A stretch of 64,000 nucleotides of DNA from an uncultured Cytophagales bacterium (lineage in GTDB: Bacteria > Bacteroidota > Bacteroidia > Cytophagales > Bernardetiaceae): positions 861,579-925,578 of the forward strand of contig CAVRCG010000004.1 in assembly GCA_963719525.1 (NCBI GenBank), in the 5' to 3' direction. The notes beneath the pieces are model-generated. The model ran no database searches and was not told where the DNA came from. It worked only from the letters and a program-made list of their open reading frames with translations. Of this stretch, positions 30,919-41,600 are shown one piece after another (position 1 is the first letter of the stretch; the number at the start of each line of letters is the position of its first letter). The position numbers and the translations under genes are program-made.

Positions 30919-31297
30919 TTGCAAAAAAAAACACCTTATTTTTTACATATTACTGGAATTATCTTGCTATTTTTAGTATGGTTCTTCTTAGGAATGAGTC
31001 GGATGAAATTAGCCGAATACATCTCTAATACATTTCCAAATATTCCTTTTATATCGGTCACTAGATATGGGAATGATTAGCCTGTTGTTTATTCTGCTCA
31101 ATGGAATTATTATTTGGGTTTGTTTTTCTTCTCTTTCTATTCTCAAAAAAACGCTGGCTGTTCATCTCTCAGTTTATGTATTTATTGTTACTTTGACGTT
31201 AGCTTACAAATTCTTCGAAACACGTTTCTTATTCAATTTATCCGAAAATCTACTTCGTTTCTTCTTTTCTCCTTTGATTCCTCTTTTTTTATATTGA
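30919..31297 (+). CDS. exosortase F system-associated membrane protein, probably frameshifted near 31060
   Basis: A hydrophobic small protein immediately after xrtF. It reads in two frames: LQKKTPYFLHITGIILLFLVWFFLGMSR...ISVTRYGND stop, then MGMISLLFILLNGIIIWVCFSSLSILKKTLAVHLSVYVFIVTLTLAYKFFETRF.... The 76 aa downstream ORF alone is short for this family. Confidence 0.4.
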
Positions 31298-31402
31298 TTT
31301 TTTATACAATAAGAAAATTAGAAGAGTAAAAGCTATGTAGGTATAGAAAAACAATCATTTTCTTTTCCATTCTCTAATTCCTATTCCCTAATTCTAAGAA
31401 AT

Positions 31403-32881
31403 TTAATCTTCTTTGTCCAAATCTCTTTGGCGTACTTTTCTACCTACCAAAAAGCTCAAACCTAAAATTAAAACAAGTAAAATAGCAATTCCATTGATTC
31501 CGTATTTTTCCCACCTTATTTCATTTTTACTTCTCAAATTGTTGCTCTCCTCATTAATTCTATCATAAAAAGAACCCAAATCAGCATTTCCAATAGAAGC
31601 ATTCTTTCTGCTTTCACCAGTTACACTTAAGGTTAGGGACGAAACAAGAGTGTCATAATCCCCTTTCTTAGTATTAAAAAAGATATAATTAAAATAATCT
31701 TTCATTGGATAAAGACCTGGTTCGTTTGGAATAATATAATAATTAAAATCCTTCGTTCCATAAACAGCATTATTATTTCTTCGTAACATTTCGGAAATAG
31801 TAGGTTCATAAAAATCAAAATTACCTGTCTTGGGCAGGTTTGGCTTATCTATAACAGACAAATTTCCTTCTCCTTCTATTCTAAATTGATATTGGACACT
31901 TTTTCCAGTCTCAACGTTTGTATTCGAAACCTGCTCTTTCAAAATATAATTTCCTACAGGAACTTGGTCTTTTAATGGGTGTGGAGGTAATTCTTTCACT
32001 ACCATAGAAATAGGGTCACTATAATAAGTCTTTATATTTTCTTTCATTTGATTAAAAATACTTTGTGAATTTACGGCTACATCGTATTTTACCATTTTAA
32101 AAGGAATAGCAGGAATAGAAATCTTTTGAGGACTAAGAGAATAAAAAACAGCTTGATAAACTTTATATTGGCGATATTCTTTCCCTCTTATTTTTACCAT
32201 TTCTGGAACAGGCTGAATAATATTAAAATTTTCCTCCAACGTATTTTTTGGTTTTATTTGCTTTAATATTTCTGCTTTCTGTTCTCCTAACTCATAAAAA
32301 TTAAGTGTTGCACGATTAGAAACGGCTACATAAAATGACATTGTAATAGTAAAACCTTCGCCTACATAAGGGTTTTCTTTATTGGTTGTGATGGCAAAAA
32401 AGGCATCATCTTTTACCGATATATATTCTGTATTTTCGGTTTTGCCCCAAAAACTATCAAACGGATTTGTGGTAGTGGATTTGCCTTTTACGTCAATACT
32501 TGCGCCTGCATGACGAACCTGCTCGCCATTGACAGTCATAGTAAAAGGACGCAAAAAATAAGTTCCCTGTCTAGAAGCTCGGTAACGCTGAGTAACGGCT
32601 TGCGTTTTGGAAACTTGTCCGTTTACAAAATTTATTGATTGCGAAGTATATATTTCTGCTTTGTTCATTCCGTTTATTTTAGGAAATTCAGAATATTTTT
32701 TCAAATTATCATCTTTTACAGTAACCGTAACTTCAAAATCTTCGTTCAAACCGATAGTTGTAGTTCCTACTTGTAGAGTTATCTCCTGACAAATACCAGT
32801 TGTGGGAATTATAAATTCCATTACGAAAACTAGAAAACAGACACTAATAAATCTTAATTTGTTGAAAGCTAATAAGTTCAT
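31403..32881 (-). CDS. BatD family protein (aerotolerance/oxygen-tolerance operon-type membrane-anchored protein)
   Basis: 492 aa with an N-terminal signal peptide, a large extracytoplasmic domain, a C-terminal TM helix (ILLVLILGLSFLVG) and a basic tail. Confidence 0.6.
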   Translation of the reverse strand: MNLLAFNKLRFISVCFLVFVMEFIIPTTGICQEITLQVGTTTIGLNEDFEVTVTVKDDNLKKYSEFPKINGMNKAEIYTSQSINFVNGQVSKTQAVTQRYRASRQGTYFLRPFTMTVNGEQVRHAGASIDVKGKSTTTNPFDSFWGKTENTEYISVKDDAFFAITTNKENPYVGEGFTITMSFYVAVSNRATLNFYELGEQKAEILKQIKPKNTLEENFNIIQPVPEMVKIRGKEYRQYKVYQAVFYSLSPQKISIPAIPFKMVKYDVAVNSQSIFNQMKENIKTYYSDPISMVVKELPPHPLKDQVPVGNYILKEQVSNTNVETGKSVQYQFRIEGEGNLSVIDKPNLPKTGNFDFYEPTISEMLRRNNNAVYGTKDFNYYIIPNEPGLYPMKDYFNYIFFNTKKGDYDTLVSSLTLSVTGESRKNASIGNADLGSFYDRINEESNNLRSKNEIRWEKYGINGIAILLVLILGLSFLVGRKVRQRDLDKED

Positions 32882-33736
32882 AATTATTTTTATTTTTGAA
32901 TTGAATTTTATCCTACTTTTTCTAATTAATTTTGTTCTTTAATTAATTTTAGATTATTCTATATTACAAATCTCTCAAAAATACCAAATCTTCTAAAATT
33001 ATACTTGTTTTTTAAGTAAAAAAAATGTATTTTTGGTACATATCAAGCTTTATAAAAGGTAATAAATTGTTTTAACATATTTCAATCAATTTTTAACTTG
33101 AATTACCACTATTTTCGCAAACAGAACTTCCTCTTTTTACGTTTTGATAATGATTATTTAAGTTAATATCTATTTATATATCTATCGAGTAGGAGATGAC
33201 AAAATTTATTAGTACCCAAATAATTATTTAACCAAATATAAGTCCTTTTTTTGTAAAAATGATTTACCCAATTTTTTGCTAAATCAAAATAAAGTTTGAT
33301 AAACTACACACAAATAATAAACACACTCACTTAAATTTTTTTCGCTTATGTTAGAGTATCAAAAAATCATCATTCAGAAAGTTAGTTTTTCTAAATCACT
33401 TTTTGAAAAAGAATTACGCAAAACAATAGCTCTCCTTTCTTCAAATGAAGTTTTCAAACTTCGAAACTGGGCTATCTCCCAATTTGGACAAACGTATTCC
33501 GATATTTTACAACGTTGTTTTGCTACTTCAAGAGTAATGGCTTAATTTGATTTTGCTATCATTTTCTATCATTATTCTAACTCAATTTTTTATATACATT
33601 TAGCCAAAAATAATTTGAAACACTTTTAGTTTTTAATTTCTGTAAAGTAAAATAGAATAAAATAAGTATAACCTACAAAAAATCATTTTTTAACTTTTCT
33701 CTATTATTTATAATAGGGAAAAGTTATTTTTTTAAC

Positions 33737-33768
33737 CCTCGTTGACGGTTCAAACCTCAACAACGGTT
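33737..33768. repeat. REP-like palindromic element (CCTCGTTGACGGTT ... CCTCAACAACGGTT)
   Basis: Same family as 11328-11364. It lies immediately 3' of queG. Confidence 0.5.
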
Positions 33769-33774
33769 TGTATT

Positions 33775-34725
33775 TCAATCATTTTTCACAAATTCAATAT
33801 TCCGTTTCAACCCTTCGAACTTAGTTCTTTTTACAGCACTTCCCATAAAAAGTTCATCAAAAAGTTCGTGTGTGAGTTCTTCCCATTCTTTTTTGGTCAT
33901 TTGTTGTAATAACTCCGAAGGCATAAAATCGTTTTGAGTATGAGGAATTTGTGCTGATTTTCGCTTGTTCCACGGACAAACATCTTGACAAATATCACAA
34001 CCAAAAATCCAATCTTCAAATTTTCCCTTCATTTCTGACGGAATCTTGTCTTTTAATTCTATCGTAAAATAAGAAATACATTTACTTCCATCAATTTGAT
34101 ACGGATTTTCCAAAGAAAGCGCATCGGTCGGACAAGCATCTAAACACAAAGTACAATTTCCACAACGGTCTTTTGTAGGATTATCGTATTCCAATTCAAC
34201 ATCCAAAACTAAAGTAGCCAAAAAAAAGAAACTCCCTGTTTTGGGATTAATTGCGTTGGTATGCTTTCCTTGCCAAGTAATTCCACTTTTTGCAGCCCAA
34301 ACTTTTTCCATAATAGGTGCAGAATCTACAAAAGCACGTCCATTAAAATCGCCAAACTCTTCTTTTAAATGATTTATGAGGTGTTTCAATTTCTTTTTGA
34401 TGACTTTATGATAATCCCTTCCATAGGCATATTTCGAAATTTTGTAATTATTTTCTTGATTTAATTTTATAGGAGGGTAATAATTATAGGCAAATGTCAA
34501 GACTGACTTTGCATTATCCACCAAAAGACGAGGATCAAGACGAATATCAAAATAATTTTCAATCCATTGCATCTGTCCATTTTTTCCTTGGGTAAGCCAT
34601 TTTTCTAAATCTCTAGCTTCTTTTTCCAGAAATGTAGCTTTACTTATTCCACAGTGTAAAAATCCAGCTTCGAAGGCTAAGTTTTTGAAACGCTCCGTTT
34701 TTTGATGTAGAAGAATAGAATTCAT
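33775..34725 (-). CDS. queG: epoxyqueuosine reductase QueG (tRNA queuosine biosynthesis)
   Basis: 316 aa with two 4Fe-4S ferredoxin-type clusters ([23 protein letters not shown]). Confidence 0.85.
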   Translation of the reverse strand: MNSILLHQKTERFKNLAFEAGFLHCGISKATFLEKEARDLEKWLTQGKNGQMQWIENYFDIRLDPRLLVDNAKSVLTFAYNYYPPIKLNQENNYKISKYAYGRDYHKVIKKKLKHLINHLKEEFGDFNGRAFVDSAPIMEKVWAAKSGITWQGKHTNAINPKTGSFFFLATLVLDVELEYDNPTKDRCGNCTLCLDACPTDALSLENPYQIDGSKCISYFTIELKDKIPSEMKGKFEDWIFGCDICQDVCPWNKRKSAQIPHTQNDFMPSELLQQMTKKEWEELTHELFDELFMGSAVKRTKFEGLKRNIEFVKND

Positions 34726-35240
34726 AAACTAGAAAAAAAAGGTTAAGCAAAAGCATAAAGCTAAAACTATAAAAATATATTCTAAAACTAAGGCAAAATG
34801 CAGTAAAAAAGCAACTGTAAAATAAATGCAAAATTATCTTGTTATCTTTAAACAAAGGTAGGAAAGCATACCAAATTATCAATAAATCTGTTAGATTAAA
34901 ATAATGTAAAATACGCTAACGTTCTAACTGATAGCTATTTGTATCACTTTCAACAAAATGGATAATTAGCTTAATTATATTAGTTTTTGTAAATTTGTTA
35001 GAATATAGAATCTTATTTGGCAAAACACCACTTTTGACAAATATTTATAATAGGATTGGGTTTTGATAAACATTACTATTATGCGTAAATTTAGGACAAT
35101 CTTATTCTAACGAGAGATACAAAAATTTGTTTTTATGATTATTAATTCTAAATTATAGAAATAAACGATTCTACACAAAATCAACATAACTAAAATTATA
35201 TCTACTTTAATTTACTATTAAGTTATTTAATCAATCATAT

Positions 35241-35666
35241 ATGAAAATGAAAAATCCCCCTTTATTTTGCAGCTTGATTTTTTTCATGGTTGCTTTTTTT
35301 GTGTCTTCTAATCTTGCACTAGCGCAAAACGAAAGAATAGAAGACTTGCCAAAGGCTTATATTACAAACGAACTTTATGTAATGCTTGATGGAGATAATG
35401 CTCCACAAAATGCAAAAGTATTTGAAGCTGATATTCTAGAACTACACTTGGCTACAAAAGAACAAGCCGATCGTTTTTTTGGCTTTTTTAATGATGCTAA
35501 TGTAACTTTTGAAACAAATATTATTACTCAAAAAACGATTGTTACTCTAATCCCTGATGTAGAAAAGCAAAATTGGACAGTAAAGCAATGGGCAATGTAC
35601 CTAAAAAATAAAATATCTGCCCAGCGAGAGCAATTCGGAACTTATATTGATTTTACCAAAAAATAA
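35241..35666 (+). CDS. hypothetical secreted protein (141 aa)
   Basis: Signal peptide LIFFMVAFFVSSNLALAQ. It ends 12 nt before the start of the giant gene and may be co-transcribed with it. Confidence 0.5.
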   Translation: MKMKNPPLFCSLIFFMVAFFVSSNLALAQNERIEDLPKAYITNELYVMLDGDNAPQNAKVFEADILELHLATKEQADRFFGFFNDANVTFETNIITQKTIVTLIPDVEKQNWTVKQWAMYLKNKISAQREQFGTYIDFTKK

Positions 35667-35678
35667 CCAGCCACACAA

Positions 35679-38600
35679 ATGAACAAATATTTTTACTCTT
35701 TTCTTGCTGTCTTATTGACAGTACTTTTTTGTGCTTTTTCGTGGCAAAATGTATATGCGCAAGGAGATGTTTGTGCTACTGCTACTCCATTTTGTACAGG
35801 TGTACCTACTCAATACCCTGCTGGTTTTAATCCTTCTGGTAGTGTAATAGCACCTAGGGGGCCTGATTATGGCTGTATAGGTGCAGAGAGAAATCCTGCT
35901 TGGTTTTATTTGCAATTTGATCAGATTGGTACAATAGAATTAAGCATTGGAAGAAGCCCTGCCAGAGATATTGATTTTGCTATTTGGGGTCCTTTTGCAC
36001 CTGGCACTACTCCATCGGCAGCATGTACAACATTGAACCAAGGAAATATAGCTCCAGCAGATTGTAGTTACGCTGGAGGAACAGGAATAGAAACTCCTGA
36101 AGTTACGGCTACTATACCAGGTCAAATTTTTATATTGATGGTTACAAATTTTAGTAATGCACAAACAGACCTTACCATTACTCAAACAGGTTCAAGTACA
36201 GGAACAACAGATTGTGCTATTATTAATGATGATTGTGACGTAAACTTGGGAGCAGATATTAATCTTTGCCAAACAGACCCAAGACCTACACTTGACGCTC
36301 GCCGTCCTTCTCACAACGCAGATACTCGTTATCAGTGGTTTGTAGATGGAGTTTCTCAAGGAGCAGCTTCTACTACCTCTACTCTTGCAGTTCAACCTCA
36401 TGTTCCTTCACTTACGCCTCATATATACAAGGTAATCGTAACAAGTATTGGTACTGGCTCTACAGGTTGTAACGAAAACGAAGATGAAATAAACGTAGTT
36501 ATAAAACCTACTCCAGCAATCAATCGTACTGTATTTCCAAATGATAGTACGCTTTGTAGTTCGGCAGGTGCTGCTGTCAGAATTGTGGCTTCTCAACCTA
36601 ATATAAGTTATCAACTTCTTAGAAATGGAACTCCTTTTGGTGGTCTGGTAGCAGGAAACGGAAATGTTATTCAACTTCCTCTCACAGGAATTCCAGCAGG
36701 TGTTTCTACTATTCAAGTGCAAGCAAGATATACAACTGCACCTACTTGTACAGTTGTGCTAACCGAACAAGCAGAACTCACTATTTTAGGAAACATTCAA
36801 GTGAATTTAGGACTAGACAAAGCAGTTTGTGAGAACGTGAGTGTGCCTTTAGATGGTTCTGATGCTTCTCAACCAGCAAATGCTACTTTTCAATGGCAAC
36901 GAAGTACAGACGGAGGAACTACTTATACTGATATTCCTTTGGCAACAAATCCAACTTATACAGCTTCTGAAACTTTAGTTACACCAAATACTCCTTTTGA
37001 AGTTTTCTATAGACTAAAAGTTATTATTCCTGCTAGTGTATGTACATATTCAGATGAAATAAAAATTACTTTCGAACCTTTTCCTCTTACAGATAGAACT
37101 ATAGAAGTAGATTCACTTTGTGTTACAGGACAAGGAAATATTAGAATCGTTAATCCACAAGCAGGCGCAAGATATAGCTATCAACTTCGTGAAAATAATG
37201 CAGGTGTAGTTGGTGCAGCTATTGGAACAGCACAATTTTCAGCAACAGGAAATCCTATTATTCTTACCACTCCAACTATTACTACTACTACAAAGTATTT
37301 TGTTGAAGTAAAAAATACATTAGCAGAAGCTCCTTGTTTGGTTTTATTAAGTACAGAACCAGAAGTTATTATACACCCACTTCCGACAGCAGAATTTAGT
37401 GAAGGAGAGGATTTGTGTCAAGGCGAAACAACAGAGCTTACTGTTACTATGACAGGAACGCAGCCTTTCACAATAACTTATCAAAAAGATGCAGACCCTG
37501 ATGTTATCATTACAGGAATAAATTCTAATACCTATTCTTTCTTTACCGATGAGCCTGGAATTTATACAATAATTAGGATTCAAGATGCGTTTTGCGAAAA
37601 CCTAAATAATCCGATAGATGGTTTGGTAAACGTAAATCCAATTCCTACTTTCACATTAGGAAATGATACTACACTTTGTGACAGTCAAGCACCTTTAGTT
37701 TTGAGAGCCAAAACGCCAGTTGATTTTGAAAACCCTACTTATGTTTGGCTTAGAGATGGTGTAGAACTGATTGGAGAAACAGGAGAAACTCTTACTACTA
37801 CCGAAAGTTCGGTCGGCTTGGCAGCTACAACCTATGAATATACTTTGGAAGTAACCAACAATGAAGCTCTTGATGTTACAAACTGCTTCTCATCAGATGA
37901 TATTTTAGTTACTTTTACGCCAAACCCAAGTTCGGTAATCACTTTTGCAGGTTCTACTTTTACCAATACTGGTGGTTTGTTGCAGTTCTGTGATACATTA
38001 GGAACACAAACTTTAAATGGTTTGATGCCAGACCATGCTAGTTTTGCAAATCTTGCTTACCAATGGAAAGATTTGGGAACAAATACAGTTGTAGGAACAA
38101 ACTCAACATTACCTGTTTCTAATTTTGGAGCTACAACTACGTATGAGCTTTTGGTAACCGACGGAGGAACGAATCCTTTATGTTCGAATACAGCTTCTGT
38201 TACGGTTCAGTTTATTACAAATCCAGTCGCTACCATTTCGCACAACGGAACAGTAGTTCCAGCAGGTGGAAGTCTTGATTTTTGTTTTGATGAAGGTGTA
38301 CAAGTTTTAAATGGAGTAGATGCCAGTCATGCAACCATTGCGAATGTAAAATACCAATGGAACAATCTCACCACAGGAACTTCTTTAGGTACAACACCTC
38401 AAATTAATGTCTCAAATCCGACAAATACATTTTCTTCTGTTGATTATCAATTAATTGTAAGTGATGAATCAAATACTGTTTTTTGTGATAGAATGGCAAC
38501 CATGACGATTAATTTTTATCCTAATCCAGAAGCAGTAATTAGTTTCAATGGAACGCCTACAACTTCGGTAGAGTTTTGTGATTCGGACGGAGCAAAAGTT

Positions 38601-41600
38601 TTGAGTGGTGTAACGCCAGACCACGCAGGTTTTCCTTCTATTACGTATGAATGGAAAAATGTAGCAACAAATGCAGTAGTAGGAAACGATCCAACGCTTA
38701 CAGTAAATAATTTTAGTGCAACTACTAACTATATACTTACAGTCGGAAATGGAATAACTCCTTTATGTGGAAGAACAGCAACAGCAACCGTTCAATATAA
38801 TGCGAATCCAGTTGCAGAAATTTCTCACAACGGAACAGCCGTTCCGAATGGTGGAAATCTTAATTTCTGTTTTGATGAAGGCGCACAAACTCTAAACGGT
38901 GTTCATCCAAGTCATACAGGATTGACAGTTACGTATCAATGGACAGATATTACAAACGGAACTGTTTTAGGAACAACTCCACAAATACCTGTTTCTAATC
39001 CTACAAATAGCTTTGCTTCTATTGATTATCAATTAATCGTAAAAGATGAATCAAATACTGTTTTCTGTGAGCGAACAGCTACAATGACAGTTAATTTTTA
39101 TCCAAATCCAGAAGCAGTAATTAGTTTCAATGGAACGCCTACAACTTCGGTAGAGTTTTGTGATTCGGACGGAGCAAAAGTTTTGAGTGGTGTAACGCCA
39201 GACCACGCAGGTTTTCCTTCTATTACTTATGAATGGAAAAATGTAGCAACAAATGCAGTTGTGGGAACAAGTCCAACATTTACTGTAGATAATTTTAGTG
39301 CAACTACTACTTATGTACTTACAACAAGTAATGGGATAACTCCTCTTTGTGGTCGTACAGCAACCGTTACTGTTAAATATAATGCGAATCCAGTTGCAGA
39401 AATTTCTCACAATGGTACAGCCGTTCCGAATGGTGGAAGTCTTAATTTCTGTTTTGATGAAGGCGCACAAACTCTAAACGGTGTTCATCCAAGTCATACA
39501 GGATTGACAGTTACGTATCAATGGACAGATATTACAAACGGAACTTCATTAGGAAATAATCCTCAAATAGATATTTCAAACCCTACAAATACATTTGCTA
39601 GTATTGATTATGAGTTGATTGTTAGAGATGAATCAAATGCAGTTTTTTGTGAGCGAACAGCTACAATGACGGTTAATTTTTATCCTAATCCAGAAGCAGA
39701 AATTAGTGTAAACGGAAACGTTCAAACAGGAAATACGATAGAGTTTTGTGATTCAGAAGGAGTTCAAACTCTTGATGGCACAATTCCAAATCTTGTTGAT
39801 GTTCCGACAGTTACCTATCAATGGACAGACTTAACTACAAATACAGTTGTAGGAACAGTTGCTACGCTTGATGTAGATAACTTTGGACAAACAACAACGT
39901 ATGAACTTTTGGTAAGTGATAATTTGCCTACTTCGTGTGAAAGAACGGCTCAAATTACTATCAAGTTTGTAGAAAATCCGATTGCAGAAATTTCTCACGA
40001 CGGAACAGCAATTCCAGATGGTGGCAATATAGATTTCTGTTTTGATGAAGGAGCGCAAACTCTAAACGGTGTTCATCTAAGCCATGCAGGTAGAACTATT
40101 CAATATGAATGGTTTGATGTTACTGCTGGAGTGAGTTTAGGAAATACGCCACAAATTTCGGTTTCAAGTCCTAGCAATACGCCTAATTCAATAGAATATG
40201 CTTTACAAGTAACAGATTTAGACAATGTAGCTATTTGTGAGAGTGCTACAACAATTACAGTAAATTTCTTAGAAAATCCAGTTGCAGAAATTCAGTTTAA
40301 TGGAACTCCTGCTCCTGCTACTTTGGCATTTTGTGATTCGGAAGGCGCACGAACTTTAGAAGGAGCTTTACCTTCTCATGCAGCTTTTGGTTCGGTTTCT
40401 TACGAATGGACACAAGTAGGAGTTGGAGTGGTAAGTAACATAAGTACACTTGTTACACCAGCATCAAACTTTTCTGCTTCGGCTACTTATGAATTGAAGG
40501 TTATCAGTAATGATAACCCTAATCTTTGTAGTAGAACAGACCAAGTAGTAATAGAATTTTTCCCTTCTCCAGATACAAATATTAGTTTTGAAGGAGCTAC
40601 CGTCACAGAATTAGGATTTTGTACAAGTGAAGGTGCAAAAACAGTTTCTGCTCCTGCTTCTCCTTTTTATACTTATCAATGGTACAGAGGAACTTTAGCA
40701 AATCCTTTACAAACTGCTTTAGGAACAATTCGTACTCAATCTGTGGATAATTTTGCTACACAAGGTGGAGATACAAATTCGGCTATTTATACTGTTGTCG
40801 TTACAGATACAAGAGCAACCTGTCCAGCACAAAGTTTTGTAAAAGTAGATTATTATGCAGAACCAGAAATTGATGCAGCTACATTAGTCGTTACAGCATT
40901 ACCAGCTACGCATTGTGTAACAGGAACTTCTACTATTTCGGTAAGGAATGCAGAGCAAGGTGTTGAGTATCAATTGACTAGAGCTGGCGTTCCTGTTGCA
41001 AGTTCAACACAAACTCCAAATGTTGATTTATCTACCATTACATTCCCAGTTACAGAATCTACAACACTTACAACAGGTGTAAGTAGATTTGAGTATGGAA
41101 TAATTGCAACCAGAATTGGAGCTTTTGGAAGACGTTGTACGCAAACATTAGCCGATACTGCAACATTACTTGTCTATCCTGCACCAACAGCAACAGTAGC
41201 AGGAACAGCAACAGTTTGTGCCAACGAACCAACAAATGTAACTTTTACGATTACAGGTAATTTTCCAGCAACACTTGTTTATCAAGTAACAGATACATTT
41301 AATGTTGCCAGAACAGAAACTCAAATAGTAGGAGCAGTTGGAAGTTCAAGTCCTCAAACTTTTGTAATCAATACAAACAGAAATAGCTACAGACCTCTTT
41401 CAATTACAGACAGATATTGTAGTGGAACAGTTACGGCAACCGAAGCAGTTGTTACGACAGTTCATCCTCCAATAGTAACATGGGTAGAATACGATACAGC
41501 TTTTTGTATTAATGAGGCAGCAACATTTAAAGTAAGAGGAGGAATAAGCCAGAGATATTATATCAACGGTTTGCCAGTTTCTACTCAAAATCCATACATT

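Noticed and set aside
33348-33545. 65 aa ORF in the BatD-queG spacer
   Set aside because: Isolated, with no recognisable motif or start context. It could be real, but the support is insufficient.
34640-34882. 80 aa minus-strand ORF overlapping the queG start
   Set aside because: It is a hydrophobic low-complexity readthrough of the queG 5' region and promoter, so an independent gene is unlikely.
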